A stretch of DNA of 64,000 bases from Octopus vulgaris (taxonomy: Eukaryota): positions 127,596,001 to 127,660,000 of the forward strand of contig OX597815.1 of assembly GCA_951406725.2 (NCBI GenBank), given 5' to 3'. The position numbers were made by a program, and so were the translations under genes. The notes beneath the pieces are model-generated. The model did not search any database and had not been told where the DNA came from. It was given only the letters and a program-made list of their open reading frames with translations. Positions 16,402 to 35,671 of the stretch are shown piece by piece; within the stretch, counting starts at the first letter, position 1, and each line of letters starts with the position of its first letter.

Positions 16402-17944
16402 TCTCTTATGATAAAAGGCAGATTTTCTCTGCCTGTTACCATGTATATACAATATAGAATTTCTTCAATTGGAATTTACCTATGATCTTTCGAAGTAGAT
16501 TCGATTGGGTCATAGCATATAAAGTTTTTTTCAATTTGACCCCTAATTAAGCAAAAATTCGAGAAAAGTAAATATTTTACGATTTGCCTCTCTCATTTCA
16601 AATGCTTTACTCATGCTATTACCACCAAGTGTACCTTAAACCTACCACACTTTCTGCTACTTTCTCTTTGCAAGTGTATACCACTATCATATCAGTCCTC
16701 TTTCTACCACTCTTATTCAACATCACACATTCTGCTACTTTCTCTTATTAATGCTTAAACCACTCCTCAAAAAAATAAAAATTTTAAAAAAAGCCAGACA
16801 GGAAACAGAACAAAAAACACTCAAACACACACACACACGTGTGTTTGTTACAGTTGTCAATTGTTGAAAGAAACAAATTGTAAGCTAAGAAGGTGTGTGC
16901 GTGTGTGTGTGTGTGTGCGTGTGTGTGTGTGCATGTGTGTCTGTGTGAGTGTGTGTGTGTGCGTGGATGAGTGTGTGTGTGTGTAGGAAGTGAAGGATAA
17001 AAATATGGACCTTTTATTTCCATACAGACAACATAACACAATCAACCTCATACCACCACAACAACATTTTTCTTTATCCTGTCAAAAACTGATTGATTCT
17101 ATCCCTTTCACCTACGACCTCAGCTACGTCAGCCGAAAGTAAAATCAACATTACTACGTTTCATCATTTTCGAACACGTTAGTATTTCACTCACGTACAA
17201 CTCTCTTATATTATGGCATTTACATTTTTAGGCGTTTCATGACATTAATTCACACTTAACCAACACCTGTCCTTCGCTCACCTCTATTTCTACCCATTCG
17301 TCGTCAAACCACCAGCCTCATCTCCTATATCCAACTTACATGACACATCTACCCCCTACATCTACACTCTCACTGTTAAAGTTTACATAAGCGACAACAC
17401 GATCGCAACATACACTTTGGAAACTAAGCAACAGATCATTTTATACAACAACAAATTTAATCATAACACCCATCAATGAAAACATCTTCACCACTGTGTT
17501 GTGGTTCATCTATTCAGCACCACTACAGTTTTGCCGGTCTGACATATGATGAGTAGATGCTATTGTTCTATATTTTATAAATTACCTATATTTACTTACC
17601 CATGCTTCATTCCCCTCTTGCCTACATAGGGCATCCATTCTCTTTTAACACAGTTTTGTAACAGCACATCCGCTGCCGTTTGTGGAAAACGAAGAGACCC
17701 TATTCACCTGTGAACGTTTGACACCGCCTTCCACGACTATCAAATTTTTACAATTATGAGAACAATAACATGGCTCTTTTCAAGGCAACCTCGCATTCAA
17801 TTCTTACACCATTCTACAAGGGGGTAGGAACTCCTTTAAACGGCTTTCTATACACTTACAAATACGTTCATTCGCCGTAAATTTATATCAATATTTGCCT
17901 GAATAATCATCATAATTCAGTGCAATCATTAACAGTACTTTCAA
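16402..17944 (+). mobile_element. Non-autonomous Helitron (family B), 3' terminus in gap
   Basis: The A|TCTCTTATGATAAAAGGCAG 5' end is shared with 25951. The last ~60 bp match 28253-28309, which precede the hairpin and CTAG. Confidence 0.72.
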
Positions 17945-18044
17945 NNNNNNNNNNNNNNNNNNNNNNNNNNNNNNNNNNNNNNNNNNNNNNNNNNNNNNNN
18001 NNNNNNNNNNNNNNNNNNNNNNNNNNNNNNNNNNNNNNNNNNNN
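17945..18044. other. Assembly gap (100 N)
   Basis: Run of N. Confidence 1.
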
Positions 18045-18504
18045 TATTTATTATGTTTGCAGGATCCACTATTGTCATATGTTGTGGTGTGCGCTATTGC
18101 TCCATTCTAGTTTTCTATTCAGGCTAGGTTTATTTTCTATTATATGTGTAGCTTCTAAATAAACACTAAATAAACATAGACGCACATAGAGATATAAGCA
18201 TGCGCAAATGAAGACATACAATAGAAGTACAAAATGGCTGACGGTTAGTAAGGAGAGACACAAGTAAGTGAGAAGAAAACAAAGGACCACTGATGCGGTC
18301 ACAGGAGTGTGACGAAAGAACTTTGGCCGAAATAAGATTAAGATTAATGTAAAAAATAAATATCACTGAAGCAAAATAACACCAAATATATAGTGCGTGT
18401 GTTTTTATTGGCTAAACTGGCAATATGACCATTCCGAAATATAACAATATCTGTTTCAACACACGACTTCACATAAAAAATCTTGCACAACAAATATTTA
18501 AACG

Positions 18505-24127
<5,623 letters not shown>

Positions 24128-24149
24128 TATATGTATGTATGTATATATG

Positions 24150-24180
<31 letters not shown>

Positions 24181-24198
24181 GTATATATGTAATATGTA

Positions 24199-24252
<54 letters not shown>

Positions 24253-24439
24253 GTATATATATATATATAAGTATGTATGTATGTATGTATATATATATAT
24301 ATATGATGTATGTATGTATGTATATATATATATATATGATGTATGTATGTATGTATATATGTATATATGATGTATGTATGTATGTATATATGTATATATG
24401 ATGTATGTATGTATGTATATATGTATATATGTATGTATG

Positions 24440-24495
<56 letters not shown>

Positions 24496-25093
24496 ACAGG
24501 CTACTTTCAGTTTCTGACTACCAAATCCACTCACAGCCATGTATATCTTTCTTTGCAGTAAGGAAAATTTCAACATGTTTTTCATGCTCATGCTGAGTGA
24601 GAGATGGCTAATTTGCTAGCTGACTCCATCACTTATTAATACTGTTCTTTAAAGCTCCCTGCATTAAATACATTATCACTAACTTAACTACTTTGTTTTC
24701 CCAGTGATTAACATCTCTAAATTATTTATTCTGTAACAGATTTTTATTTTTAAATGCTAACCACAGGGCCAACCATTGTGCAATTGTCTTATTGATTCTT
24801 TAATTGCTACTTCAACAAGTACATTTAGGCTTGCTTTGCTGATGAGATTAGAATAGCCCCACATGATAGTTATATACAATTCTACATTGATCTCATTGGT
24901 TTGGGAGAGAAGTTAAAAATTATGGATACTGGCCTGCTTTCCAAGAACATAATACATAAAAAAAAGTTTCTAAGCCAATGTAAGCTAAAAATCATATCCA
25001 CAGATACAGGACATCTCAAAGGTCAACTTTGCAGCCAAAAGGTTGACATTGCATCCATTCCAAACCAAAGACAGAGACATTAAAACAACTTAC

Positions 25094-25134
25094 CATATAC
25101 AGTGGTTTTAGCTGCTCTTAATTTCCTGGAATAT
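25094..25134 (-). CDS. Cadherin exon I (juxtamembrane cytoplasmic)
   Basis: TTTTTCTTCAG acceptor and GTAAGT donor, phase 2 to 1. YSRKLRAAKTTVY resembles the RKLKAA motif that follows the TM in CDH23/Cad87A-type cadherins. Confidence 0.8.
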
Positions 25135-25355
25135 CTGAAGAAAAATAGAATAAGCAGTGTACAGACAAACAAATATATCATTGAAATCATTTCAATACAT
25201 CTATATGACTTCATTTTAACAAATACAAGAGTTTATTCAAATAAATGAATAGAAACCAATAAGAAGAATGCTGTTAGAATGGATTGACTGCATCACCACT
25301 CTAGGTTATGTGTGGGGGGACTAACTACTGTGCGTGTGTGTGTGTGTCTGTATGT

Positions 25356-25620
25356 TTTAGGCCAAGGTTAAATAACCATAGGTCCTCTTTTAGGATCATA
25401 GGGAGGTGCAATGTTATAGTATTACCCAGCAACATATGGAGATTAAAAGAAGAGACAACACCATACAAAATTAACTGGAAGCTGCTTGAAGAATCTGGGC
25501 TATATCTCAATGGAAGCAGATGCTGCACTCTTTCCTTGGCAGAGAGGACAATGACTGCAAATAATTTGCATGATCCAGATGCCTTCTTGAATTCAAATAG
25601 TAATGTTTTAGCTGATGCCC
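25356..25620 (+). mobile_element. Penelope-like element remnant (GIY-YIG endonuclease C-terminal part)
   Basis: FRPRLNNHRSSFR...SNIWRLKE...YKINWKLLE...YLNGSRCCTLSLAE...LN resembles the RxxxH and CxLCxxE signature of PLE endonucleases. Confidence 0.7.
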
Positions 25621-25950
25621 TTATGCCAGAAAATTTGCTTTGGAAATGTGGTCTTCTGTATTTGTAGATTAGAGAACAGAATTTGCATACACAATCTGAC
25701 CCATTTCAGCTACAGCTGAAATTGTTCAAGGGGAGATAACTCTTCTTTTCTTCTCAAAGGGTTTCTTATTTCAGTTTTTTCCACCACCAAACTAACCAAG
25801 ACTCTATACCTGCTTCCACTGGTAAAGAATCTATGTGCCTCCAGCCAGTAGGTCAGATGAGTTTCCTATATTGCTAAGTGCATTAGTAAATGTGAAGCCA
25901 ATGGTAACTTTCTGACTGGTTATATGCCATAACCAAGGATATACTACTCA

Positions 25951-28347
25951 TCTCTTATTATAAAAGGCAGATTTTATCTGCCTCCCAAACCATTTGTTTA
26001 TTATACAAATCTACAATATAGAATTTCTTCAATTAGAATTTACCTATCATTTTTACGAGTAGAATACATCGGGTCGTGGCAGGTACAGTTTTTCCTATTT
26101 CACCCCCAATTAAGCAAAAATTAGAGAAAACTAACTATTTAACAATTTTTCTCTTTCAGTTCAAGTGATTCACTAATACCATTACCACTACACTTTCTCT
26201 TCCTTTCTCTTTGCAAGTGTGCAACGATTAAAGTGAAAGTATTTATATAAAAGGGATGAACTGCTTCACTCATGCTATCACCATAATTTCTCCTACTTTC
26301 TCTTTGCAAGTGTACCTTAAACCACTACTCAAAAAAAACAACACAGCAAACAGAAACAAATAAATACATAACGATTTACTCCTCACACAATTTCTTCAAT
26401 TACAGTTTACCTATGATTTTTCAAAGTACTTCCATTCAGTCATGGCATACAAAATTTCTTTCAATTTGACCCTCAATTAAGAAAAAATTCAAGAAAACTC
26501 AATATTTTAACATTTCATTCTTTCACTTCAAAGCCTTTACTCTGCCTATTACTCCCACTTCCTCTTTACACACATAGACACGCAAATATATAAATAAAAT
26601 TGTAAGCTAACATATGTGTGTGTGTGCGTGTGTGTGAGTGTGTGTGTGCATGTGTGAGGGTGCGTGTGTGTGTGTGTGACTGTGTGTGTGTGTGTGTGTG
26701 ACAGGAATGACCCATTCAGACTGGTCATCTTTTTGCTAGAAGAAGATCACCTATGCTACACCACTGGTTTTCAGTTCATATTAATCAAATTAATATTCAC
26801 AACAAGAAGGACTATTCATTATAATACATCAGTTCCACACATTTACCCTGGTTCCATTTCGGACAACTGCACAAACATTTGCCATTTGACACATGTATGT
26901 AAACAAATTCCTTTCTTAAAAATTTCAATTCATTTTCTTTTTCAATTCATACAAAGTTATTTAGGACGAATATAAGATCTAAAGTATATCCAAGTAGCAG
27001 AAAGATCGCCCAAAAGTGTATATAGATATTTAAATGTATTTATATATTCATCTATACACACATGTATGTATAATGTGTGTGTATATATTTCCATAGAGGT
27101 AACCATTCACTCCGCACAAAGTTTTTTAGGACGAAAATAACATCTAAAGTTATCTCTAAGAAGCAGAAAGATCGCCCAAAAGTGTATATAGATATTTAAA
27201 TGTATTTATATATTCATCTATACACACATGTAAATGTATTTATATATTCATCTATGCACACATGTATGTATACTGTGTGTGTATATATTTCCATAGAGGT
27301 AACCATTCACTCCATACAAAGTTTTTTAGGACGAAAATAAGATCTAAAGTTATCTCTAAGAAGCAGAAAGATCGCCCAAAAGTGTATATAGATATTTAAA
27401 TGTATTTATATATTCATCTATACACACATGTATGTATAATGTGTGTGTATATATTTCCATAGAGGTAACCATTCACTCCATACAAAGTTTTTTAGGACGA
27501 AAATCTTTATATATAAAAGAAAGGTTGTGTGTCTGTCTACTCCGATTTAGATTCCTAACTACTCCCACATTTTGCGATGCAGTTTAACCAAAAGCGGGTA
27601 TCTTATAGTCGTGATTCATATCGAGCCCTTCTGGGTATTAGCGCGCGTCTACGATGAGTCTACGATTTTACAAATAATTTACCATCATTTTTTCCCATTT
27701 TAATGCATATTTTTTTTAAATAAAGGGAAGTAACTCTCAAACTTCACACCAATATGCGTGCTCATATGCGACGTAATATCACATCAGCAGCATTTCCTCA
27801 CACCCTCCTTGCACTTGGCGAAGGCAAAATACCAGGGGATGAAAATGGTAATATTGCCATCGATTCCATTTGTACCATTGTTAAGACGCCTTCTGATCTC
27901 AGAGATGCAGTGTTCCAAGATCTACAAGCTAATTATCAGAATATGGATTGGATTGGCCAAAAGGCTATACTGGCCCCGAGGAATAAAACTGTTCACCATA
28001 TTAATGATGAAATGCTAAAACTCATTCCTGGGGAAGTCTATGTATATCAGTCTATCGATACAACTCCTGACCCACAGGATGTCATCAACTATCCAATAGA
28101 GGTACTCAATTCCTTTGAGCACCCCGGACTACCACCACACATTCTCAAACTTAAAGTTGCTGCCCCTATAATGCTCATCAGAAATTTGGTTCCCCCAAAA
28201 CAATGCAATGGCATTTGATCGTTAAGTCCTTATCTCCCAGCAGAAACTTATGTCAATATTTGCCTGAATAATCATCATAATTCAGTGCAATCATTAACAG
28301 TACTTTCAAGCAATTCAGCCCTGAGCAACGCCGGGCAATTCTGCTAG
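25951..28347 (+). mobile_element. Composite Helitron with Pif1-type helicase fragment
   Basis: A|TC start at 25951 and a second Helitron 5' end at 27504. ORF 27754-28218 has NMR, AILAPRN, LNSF..PGLPPH.L.LKV..PIMLIRNL and CNG. Ends in a hairpin and CTAG|T at 28347. Confidence 0.85.
26949..27503. repeat. ~165-bp minisatellite (about 3 copies) inside Helitron
   Basis: Repeated ACAAAGTTTTTTAGGACGAAAATAAGATCTAAAG...GAGGTAACCATTCACTCC. Confidence 0.88.
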
Positions 28348-28375
28348 TATGAACATAAAATGATATATAATATAG

Positions 28376-28406
<31 letters not shown>

Positions 28407-28829
28407 AAAAAATATATAAAATGGGATAAGAACACAAAACATTCAAATAGACGATATGAAAACGAACAAGTCATTCGAAGTCTCTAATCTTCAGTCAAGA
28501 ACCGGATCATCCTCGCAATTTTGGCTGATTAATCTTGAGATTGCTCCGATCTGGCCAGGAAAAACTAAGCTACGAGCATTAGATTTCTTGGAAAAAGGAT
28601 CGAATGTATACGAAACAAGGACAGAAAAACGGACGATGTTACACGAAAATAAATACAAAAAACAAAAAGTAATACGAATATAAATACAAAAAACAAAAAG
28701 TAATACGAATATAAATACAAAAAACAAAAAACAATAATAATAATAACAGGACAAAGACAACGGGTGTCTTTCGACTTTAGACAATTCAAATTAGCTGGCG
28801 TGTGAGAAAAATAATACCTTATGGCAGAC

Positions 28830-29170
28830 ATCATCATCATCATCATTTAACGTCGGTTGTCTATGCTGGCTTGGGTTGGATGGTTTGACCAGGGCTGGTA
28901 AGCTGAGAGGCTGCACCAGACTCCAGTCTAATTTGGCATGACTTCTATGACTGGATGCCCTTCCTAACACCAACCACTTCAAGAGTGTAATGGGAATTTG
29001 TGAGTGCCACTGGCATTGGTGCCAGTTGCATGACACCAGTATCAACCCATGACTACAATTTCACTTGTCTCCATGGCTCTCCTTCTCAAGCACAGCATAT
29101 TGCCAAAGGTCTCGGTCATTTGTTATTGCTTCCATAAGGTCCAACACTCAAAAGATGCTTCTTGCATTCC
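28830..29170 (-). mobile_element. Degraded RTE 3' end
   Basis: (TCA)n tail and CTGGATGCCCTTCCTAAC motif. Confidence 0.75.
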
Positions 29171-29736
29171 ACCCGACATGGGTGCTAGTTATGAAAAACT
29201 AACTCACCAAGAGTCAACAGTCTCGCAAGGTACTGTAGTAGGCCCGGAGAGGAGACCAAGCAAATATCCAATCAGATCTGCACATTGTTATCCAATAGAT
29301 GGAAAAACACAACATGCAGCTGCAAGCAGATCATCTGTGTATGTTGTTCATCTTGGAATGACAGAAATGTTTTTCTTGGATCTGAGACTACCATTAATTA
29401 ATAAACATCCAACTATCTTATGGTTTTCAAAATAACTACAGAATACCCATGGGTACTGTTGCTAGTAATGATTCTCTTTTATCAGCTCTTTAAAATGTGT
29501 TAATAAAAAAGGTAACAAAAAGAAGGAAAAAATTAATGTAAGTTGTAAACTATTGAAATAACAACATAGCAACAGAATATTGTTTTGCTTTACTTATTTT
29601 ATATAAAAAAACACCTCCAGTGAATGGTCCAAATCAGTTGACAATATATATCCCATGCCAATTTGGTTACATTTACTTACCTTCCATAGAATCTATTTTG
29701 GGGTGATGCCTGAGATTTCAATATTTTGTAATCTTC

Positions 29737-29943
29737 TTAACCATTTTAATAACAAATCCACCTAAGACTGCCCCTGGTTCTATAATATAAACTTCCTGTT
29801 TAAAGTAATCTAAACGAAATCTTTCATGTTAAACATCACTTTAATGATAACAAAGTTATTTTACTGAATTCTTTGTTATTTTCAAACTTAATTGAAACAA
29901 AGGTCGTTGTATTTCAACAGAAATAAGTTAACAAAAGGCTTAA
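29737..29943. mobile_element. TTAA-flanked MITE-like element
   Basis: Degenerate termini TTAACCATTTT...AACAAAAGGCTTAA. The interior is related to 60150-60366. Confidence 0.5.
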
Positions 29944-30525
29944 ACATTCTTTTAAAATATGAATGTCTCGTGGATGATAATACTGTTTCAAATTTTGTCA
30001 ATGCATTCTCATTAGCTGCAACCAAGGCATACTACTTGAATGCATGACTTACTATTTCTGGAACTTCACTATATCTTGAACACTATCATTCAAATGTTAT
30101 ACAATGTCTTGAGAGTCTGCACAAATAAAGTGAGATTGCCAGTAAGCAGTCCAATCCTTTTGTTGGCCCAACCCAAGAGGGAACCAACACAACACACTCA
30201 TTTTGCAGCTTAAAGGTACTAATGTGTATAAGATGTGTGAGTCAATTTTAAACAAAAAAAACTGTACTCCAATTTTGAATTAACAGCTTCTCAAATAAAT
30301 TTGTATTCCCTTCCACAATATTACAATTTACTATTGGAAAGTCATCCTAAATTTCAATGTTACAAAACTTCTAAGCAATATTTTTCCTCATCTATGAATG
30401 TATTTTAACTTTCATCTCAGAACACAAAAGCTTCTTTGAATTGAAATCAATTCATATAAAATTTTCAAAAGTTTATACTTAGGAAATATTTAAAAAATGA
30501 GTTCATCAGTCTGAGAACTACCAAC

Positions 30526-30650
30526 CTGCGATTACTTGCATAAAATAGAATAATCGTAATGATCAATATGCAAACCAACACTGCAATGACCGCAATAAAA
30601 ATTATGAAATTCTTTTCATCGTTGTTAACAACTGTAGGTGGTTCAGTTTC
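30526..30650 (-). CDS. Cadherin exon H (transmembrane helix)
   Basis: CTTCTAG acceptor and GTTGGT donor, phase 0 to 2. Translates ETEPPTVVNNDEKN-FIIFIAVIAVLVCILIITIILFY-ASNRR. Confidence 0.87.
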
Positions 30651-31379
30651 CTAGAAGAGCAAGAAATATCAATCTATAATGATTTTTACAGAAAGTAAAC
30701 ATAAACATAAAAATCACATAAGAACAACATCAATAATTAAACAAAAATTTCTAACTGAGGCAGAGATTCAGCAATTTGTTGGATGGGGATTAGTTAATTA
30801 AACTCATCCCTATATTTAACTGATACTTTATTACTTTGCCTTAATGTAATAAAGGTAGTCTGGACAAGATTTGACTTCAGAATGTAAAGAACCAATGCAA
30901 ATACCACAAGGATTTGGTCTCTGACACTGAAATGATTTTGACAATCAACTGCGCTAGCAATAACAACAATAGCAGCAGCAGCAACAACAAAAACAACAGC
31001 AACAACCTGTATAGATTATGACTGTGGTAATTGGTGTATTAGAGACTGCAAATGAATAAAGAAGACTGGAATGGAATCTCTTGCAGAGCTTCTATGGAAG
31101 ATTTGCCTCTTAGGAGCAGGGAAGATCATTAGAAGGGTTTTGAACATTTCATGTGGATATCTAACATTACAGGTAGTAACATGCAACCTATGTAAAACCT
31201 ACCAGGAATTAGATTCTGAGTTAAAACGATAATAATGATGATGATGATGATTTCTTTTATTTGCCACCAGAGTGAAGGATGAAGGGTACAATACAAAGAC
31301 AGACATAAGGTGTGGGGGTTTACATATAACGGAATGTTAAAAAAAAAGTTAAAGGAAAAGTATACATTAAAACAAGGGA

Positions 31380-32080
31380 AGTATACATAGTATACAGCAC
31401 TAAGAAGAAAGAATAATAAAGAAAATTACAGTGATGCAGGCCTCCTGTATCAAGAAGACCTCTAGGAATAATCAAGGAACCCCACCATCCAAGATCACCC
31501 TGAATACCAAGCTCTCTTTCCAACTCCTTTCCTCCAACTCACTGGTCTACACTTTGAGTAGTATCATCCACTCTTGTAATTTTTGCAACTTTCACCCACC
31601 TTTTGATAAATTCACTTGAGGACAGCACCCCCCTCCCCACCCCCAGTTTCCTTTTCAAGTGAAACTTGAAACAGTTGAGGGTTTTACAAAAGAAGAATGA
31701 ATCTGTCCTCATTCCTTTCAGCTTCATCCACCAAACAACTGCTTTTGCTACAGCCACCAGGCAAAGGAAAACTGCCTTGACTGCATAATTAAAGGCAGGC
31801 AGCAGGGCAATCATCACTATGGACTCAGACGACAGACAGATCCATCCCACATGACAGCAGCTGTTTGACATAACTCCACATGTCAGCAATGCCAAGACAC
31901 TGAACAGGTGCAATCAGAATAGTTTCGTTGCTCTGTCTGACAGCACATCCATGCCTGTTGAGTTTATCTCGAACTAGTAGCCCACCTCCTTCCTGGTAGT
32001 ATTACCAAACCAAAAACATCTGGAAATTATACATAATAGTCCCCAACCCGTTCATTTTCATCAATGCCTAGGGCCTCCCA
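31380..32080 (-). mobile_element. Degraded L1/Tx1-like LINE 3' fragment
   Basis: LVRDKLNRHG...SNETIL and AVFLCLVAVAKAVVWWMKLKG resemble the C-terminal region of Tx1/L1 ORF2. A second piece lies at about 32234-32300. Confidence 0.55.
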
Positions 32081-32082
32081 AT

Positions 32083-32225
32083 TTGTTTCAGTCATTAGAC
32101 TGCAGCCATGCTGGAGTACCACCTTGACAAATTTTTAGTTGAATGAGTTGACTCCAGTACTTATTCTTTTTGCTAAGCCTTGTACTTATTCTATTGGTCT
32201 CTTTTGCTGAACTGCAAAGTTACAA
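32083..32225 (-). mobile_element. SINE 3' half
   Basis: Homologous to 7620-7750. Confidence 0.75.
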
Positions 32226-32747
32226 GCTTGTATAGGAAAACTGCCTTGCCTGCCCAATTAAAGGATGGCAGCAGGGCAATTGTCACTATGAACTCGACTA
32301 TGACAGTGTGAAACGTGAAACGCAGCAAATGATTTTAACTCAATAGAGGCCATTGATTGGTTAAAATTCGAAAAATTAAACTACGTTAAACTTACAAATT
32401 ACAATTTTCTCAAGAAAGCCAAGAGAAAAAAATGTTTTATTTTGACACATTCTACCAGTATACGAAGTTTAAAAGTGTTTAGTTAACTAGAAATTGTGTT
32501 GAAAACTGCCGTTCAAAAGGAAAAGATCTGTATATGTGATTATACCAGCTTCTAAAAAAACAAACCAAAATCAAGCATTAACATTGCTGAAGATAATTAT
32601 CTTTTAAAGAATATATCTTATTTCCTGTGTTCAAAATAAAGCTTCTTATTAATCTATATGACTCCTGTATCCTGGTGAAAATCTCTCCAATCTTTACAAG
32701 AGGAACACAAAACATTTACCATTCAAAATCTGAAATCAGTTTCCTAC

Positions 32748-32814
32748 CTTAACATTCTCTACTGAGAAATCTTGAAACTTCTCTGCATTTAAAACTGTTT
32801 GCGTATCAAGGATT
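32748..32814 (-). CDS. Cadherin exon G
   Basis: ATATATAG acceptor after a T tract and GTAGGA donor, 67 nt, phase 2 to 0. Translates ILDTQTVLNAEKFQDFSVENVK and bridges the phases of exons F and H. Confidence 0.72.
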
Positions 32815-34199
32815 CTATATATTAATGGAAAAAAATCAAACAGGAATTTAGTAGTTTCTTGATTTTCTATATATTTTCTACATAAAGCAAAGTAAAATTC
32901 ATTATATACTTATTCATACGGTGGAACTTCATACAAATATATAAGTATCTTCTTATTGTCTTAGAAGGAACAGTTTGCCTTTAAGAAACATGCATTGGTT
33001 CTATTCTATTTCTTTACTCAACTAGAGATTCAATTAACCAATAAGCTAATTGGTTTTTCGAGAAATTGTACAGTCAGTCAATCAATCAGTTGGTTTGTCA
33101 AAATCTTTTCATCACCATTTTCCATCAAATTTGTTCCTTTCTCTGAGACTGCATACAGGAATAGAAAGTCCTTGGTGAAATAGAACCAGTGTGTGTAGCT
33201 CTTATTAGCAAAATGAGCCCCACCAAAAAATACAAACAACATCTGTTTCAATATACAATTTTGCATTATGAATCTTGCAAAAATGAAATAAAGGCATTTT
33301 ATTTAATGTCAACATTTTCAATAATTCTAAGATCACCTTTACATATTTTTGATTTTTGGAAGCAAATAAAAATAATATTTGGTTGCCTTTACAGTACACA
33401 ATGCTAAAATATATAATATATTTAGTTTAAAAGTCTAATGAAATACTTTGTGTTTTAATCTGCACTCTAAGAGTAAATAGTCAAGTACTTTACCACTCAG
33501 ATTTTGTGTAAATCTAATTTTCAAACACCTATAACATACTTCTTTTGCAAAATAACATGAGATTTCACGAAAGTCTCTTCATTGTGGATTTGCTAAGAGT
33601 CAGTTAAATCAAAGCATTTACACTCAGAATATCAGCCACCCTAAGTTCTTTAAATACCTAAGATGAATATAACATATAATTACTCAGTTATCTTTTTATC
33701 TTAGGCCTTCTAATTTGTTTTGTAAAACATGCAAAGTTACAACTACCAGCAAAATCTTAGAATACAGTAAGCTCACATTATGATACATGATTCTCTACAA
33801 TCACATTATAGTATATAATACTAGCTTAGATTGAAGTATGGCCTATCTCTCAAACATTAAGTCAGTAAATTTCATGTCACAAGTTTCTTCAAGGGGAGCT
33901 GGGTGTAACTAACTTAATGAAAAAGAGTTTTCAATCACCAGTTCTTTGATTCAGTAATGAATTGTTCTAACCTTAAAACAGAGTTTCAAACTAACAAGCA
34001 TTTAGTGATTATAACCCAGAGAAACACCCCACTAGTCGTTGATAAACTATAAAAATTAAACTGAAAAGCTTATATTTCATCCATTTGCCTAGTCTTATTT
34101 TGTAAGGGAATAAAAAAGGCAATAAATTTCAAATTTGTCACTAATTAGTCCCAAAAGGGGTTTTTTGTTTTTGTTTTTTGCAAAGAGTTTATATTTTCT

Positions 34200-34730
34200 T
34201 TTATTAGTTTAATCCAGAAGCATGGGCAATGCCCAAGACCTTTGCAAGACATTCAGGACTACTAAGATCGGTCTGATTAATATTCTTTTTCAGGAAATTT
34301 GGAGGAAAAAACATGTACAAGGATGCAATTTAAGAGGAGTGGCGTTCTGATAGAACTAAATATAGGGATTAGTGCAATGCAGGCAGATGGATGGGGATGG
34401 TGAAAACAATATGGGAGATGAAAGGATAAGAGGCAAATGCACTGGAAGCGCCAGAGTATAAGTTGCATAAGACCAGCAATCTTCAAGAAACAGCAGCCAA
34501 TGTAGTAGTGGGAGAAAAGACAGGGCGGAGACAGCATGTTTGTGGGCCAGAGCAGTTGTGTGATGGTGAATAACTTCATGTCAATGGAGTCAAATGGCGT
34601 TTTTGTGAGGATGTACATTAGAAATTATAGATAGCTATATTGACAGAATGTAGGAATTGCTTCATCACCATTTCACAGTCTACATAGCCAAACTCTGGCC
34701 ATTTCATTCCATCTACCTGTGAATAGGTAT
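34200..34730 (-). mobile_element. Degraded CR1/L2-like LINE 3' fragment
   Basis: CLFSHYY.GCC...AGLM and HVFSS, similar to the post-RT C-terminus of CR1/L2-group ORF2. Confidence 0.5.
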
Positions 34731-35165
34731 AAAGCAAAGAGACAGATTATATCTGTTAACATCAAAAGCAGGGTTCAAACCATTATAATTATAGCTTGGA
34801 GAGTGATGAGTTCTATCATGGCACATTTTACATATACAAGATGAGACAGTCTTCAGTAGGGCTCCAAGCATTTAACGGGTTATACAACCCATAGCTACAG
34901 CTAAAAGGAAACAAATATAACTTGATATTACATACAAATTTAAAAATCTAAAAGAGCAAATGTTCAATATTTTACCTATTTGTATGCTGGACATTTTCTC
35001 AGATATATAGAACAATGGTTGGAAAGTAGGCTTTAGTTTGAACAGAGACTTGTGTGTAAACTAAGAATACAAAGTTATGCCTGATACAAAAGTTCTATCG
35101 CTATATTTTGAATAATATGTTTATTAATTTTAAGACATAAATAGAATACTAAAACTGTGACTCAC

Positions 35166-35234
35166 TTTAGAAGATCTTTAGCAGGAACTACCTGTTTAGT
35201 TGCATTATTAACTGCATATAAAATCAGACTTGTC
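35166..35234 (-). CDS. Cadherin exon F
   Basis: CATTGTAG acceptor and GTGAGT donor, 69 nt, phase 2 to 2. Translates TSLILYAVNNATKQVVPAKDLLK. Confidence 0.82.
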
Positions 35235-35671
35235 CTACAATGATAAAATAAAAAGAAGAAAAATATATTCATAAAATTCAAAATAACAACATTACACACA
35301 TACAGAAACCCAATCAATCAGGTAGATATCACCTTGTCAAGCTAAGTCACATACCCCCTTAAAATTGATCACAACACCTTAAGCTAACTATCTTTCTCTC
35401 TCCTTTCAAACTATTATGATTCCTCCTTTTGTTTTACTTTTTGTCTTTTCTTTCTTCCCCAATCTTTTTTCTAGTATTTAGAGACATCTCCAATTATAGA
35501 TGAAGGGACAAGTTTCTAAGTTCTACAATACAGAAGAGTCAAAAGGCCACACAAATCAAAACTTCTATTAAATTACACACACACACACACACAAAACCAT
35601 GACTATATGACTGAGAAGCAAGTTTCTTAACCACACAGACAGGTGTGGTTGTGTGTATGCATGTATGTCTG

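Noticed and set aside
27754-28218. Host PIF1 helicase gene
   Set aside because: It is an intronless partial fragment inside Helitron termini.
29681-29709. Possible extra cadherin exon (HHPKIDSME, GTAAGT donor)
   Set aside because: The acceptor lacks a pyrimidine tract, and its end phase (1) is incompatible with the phase-2 start of exon I.
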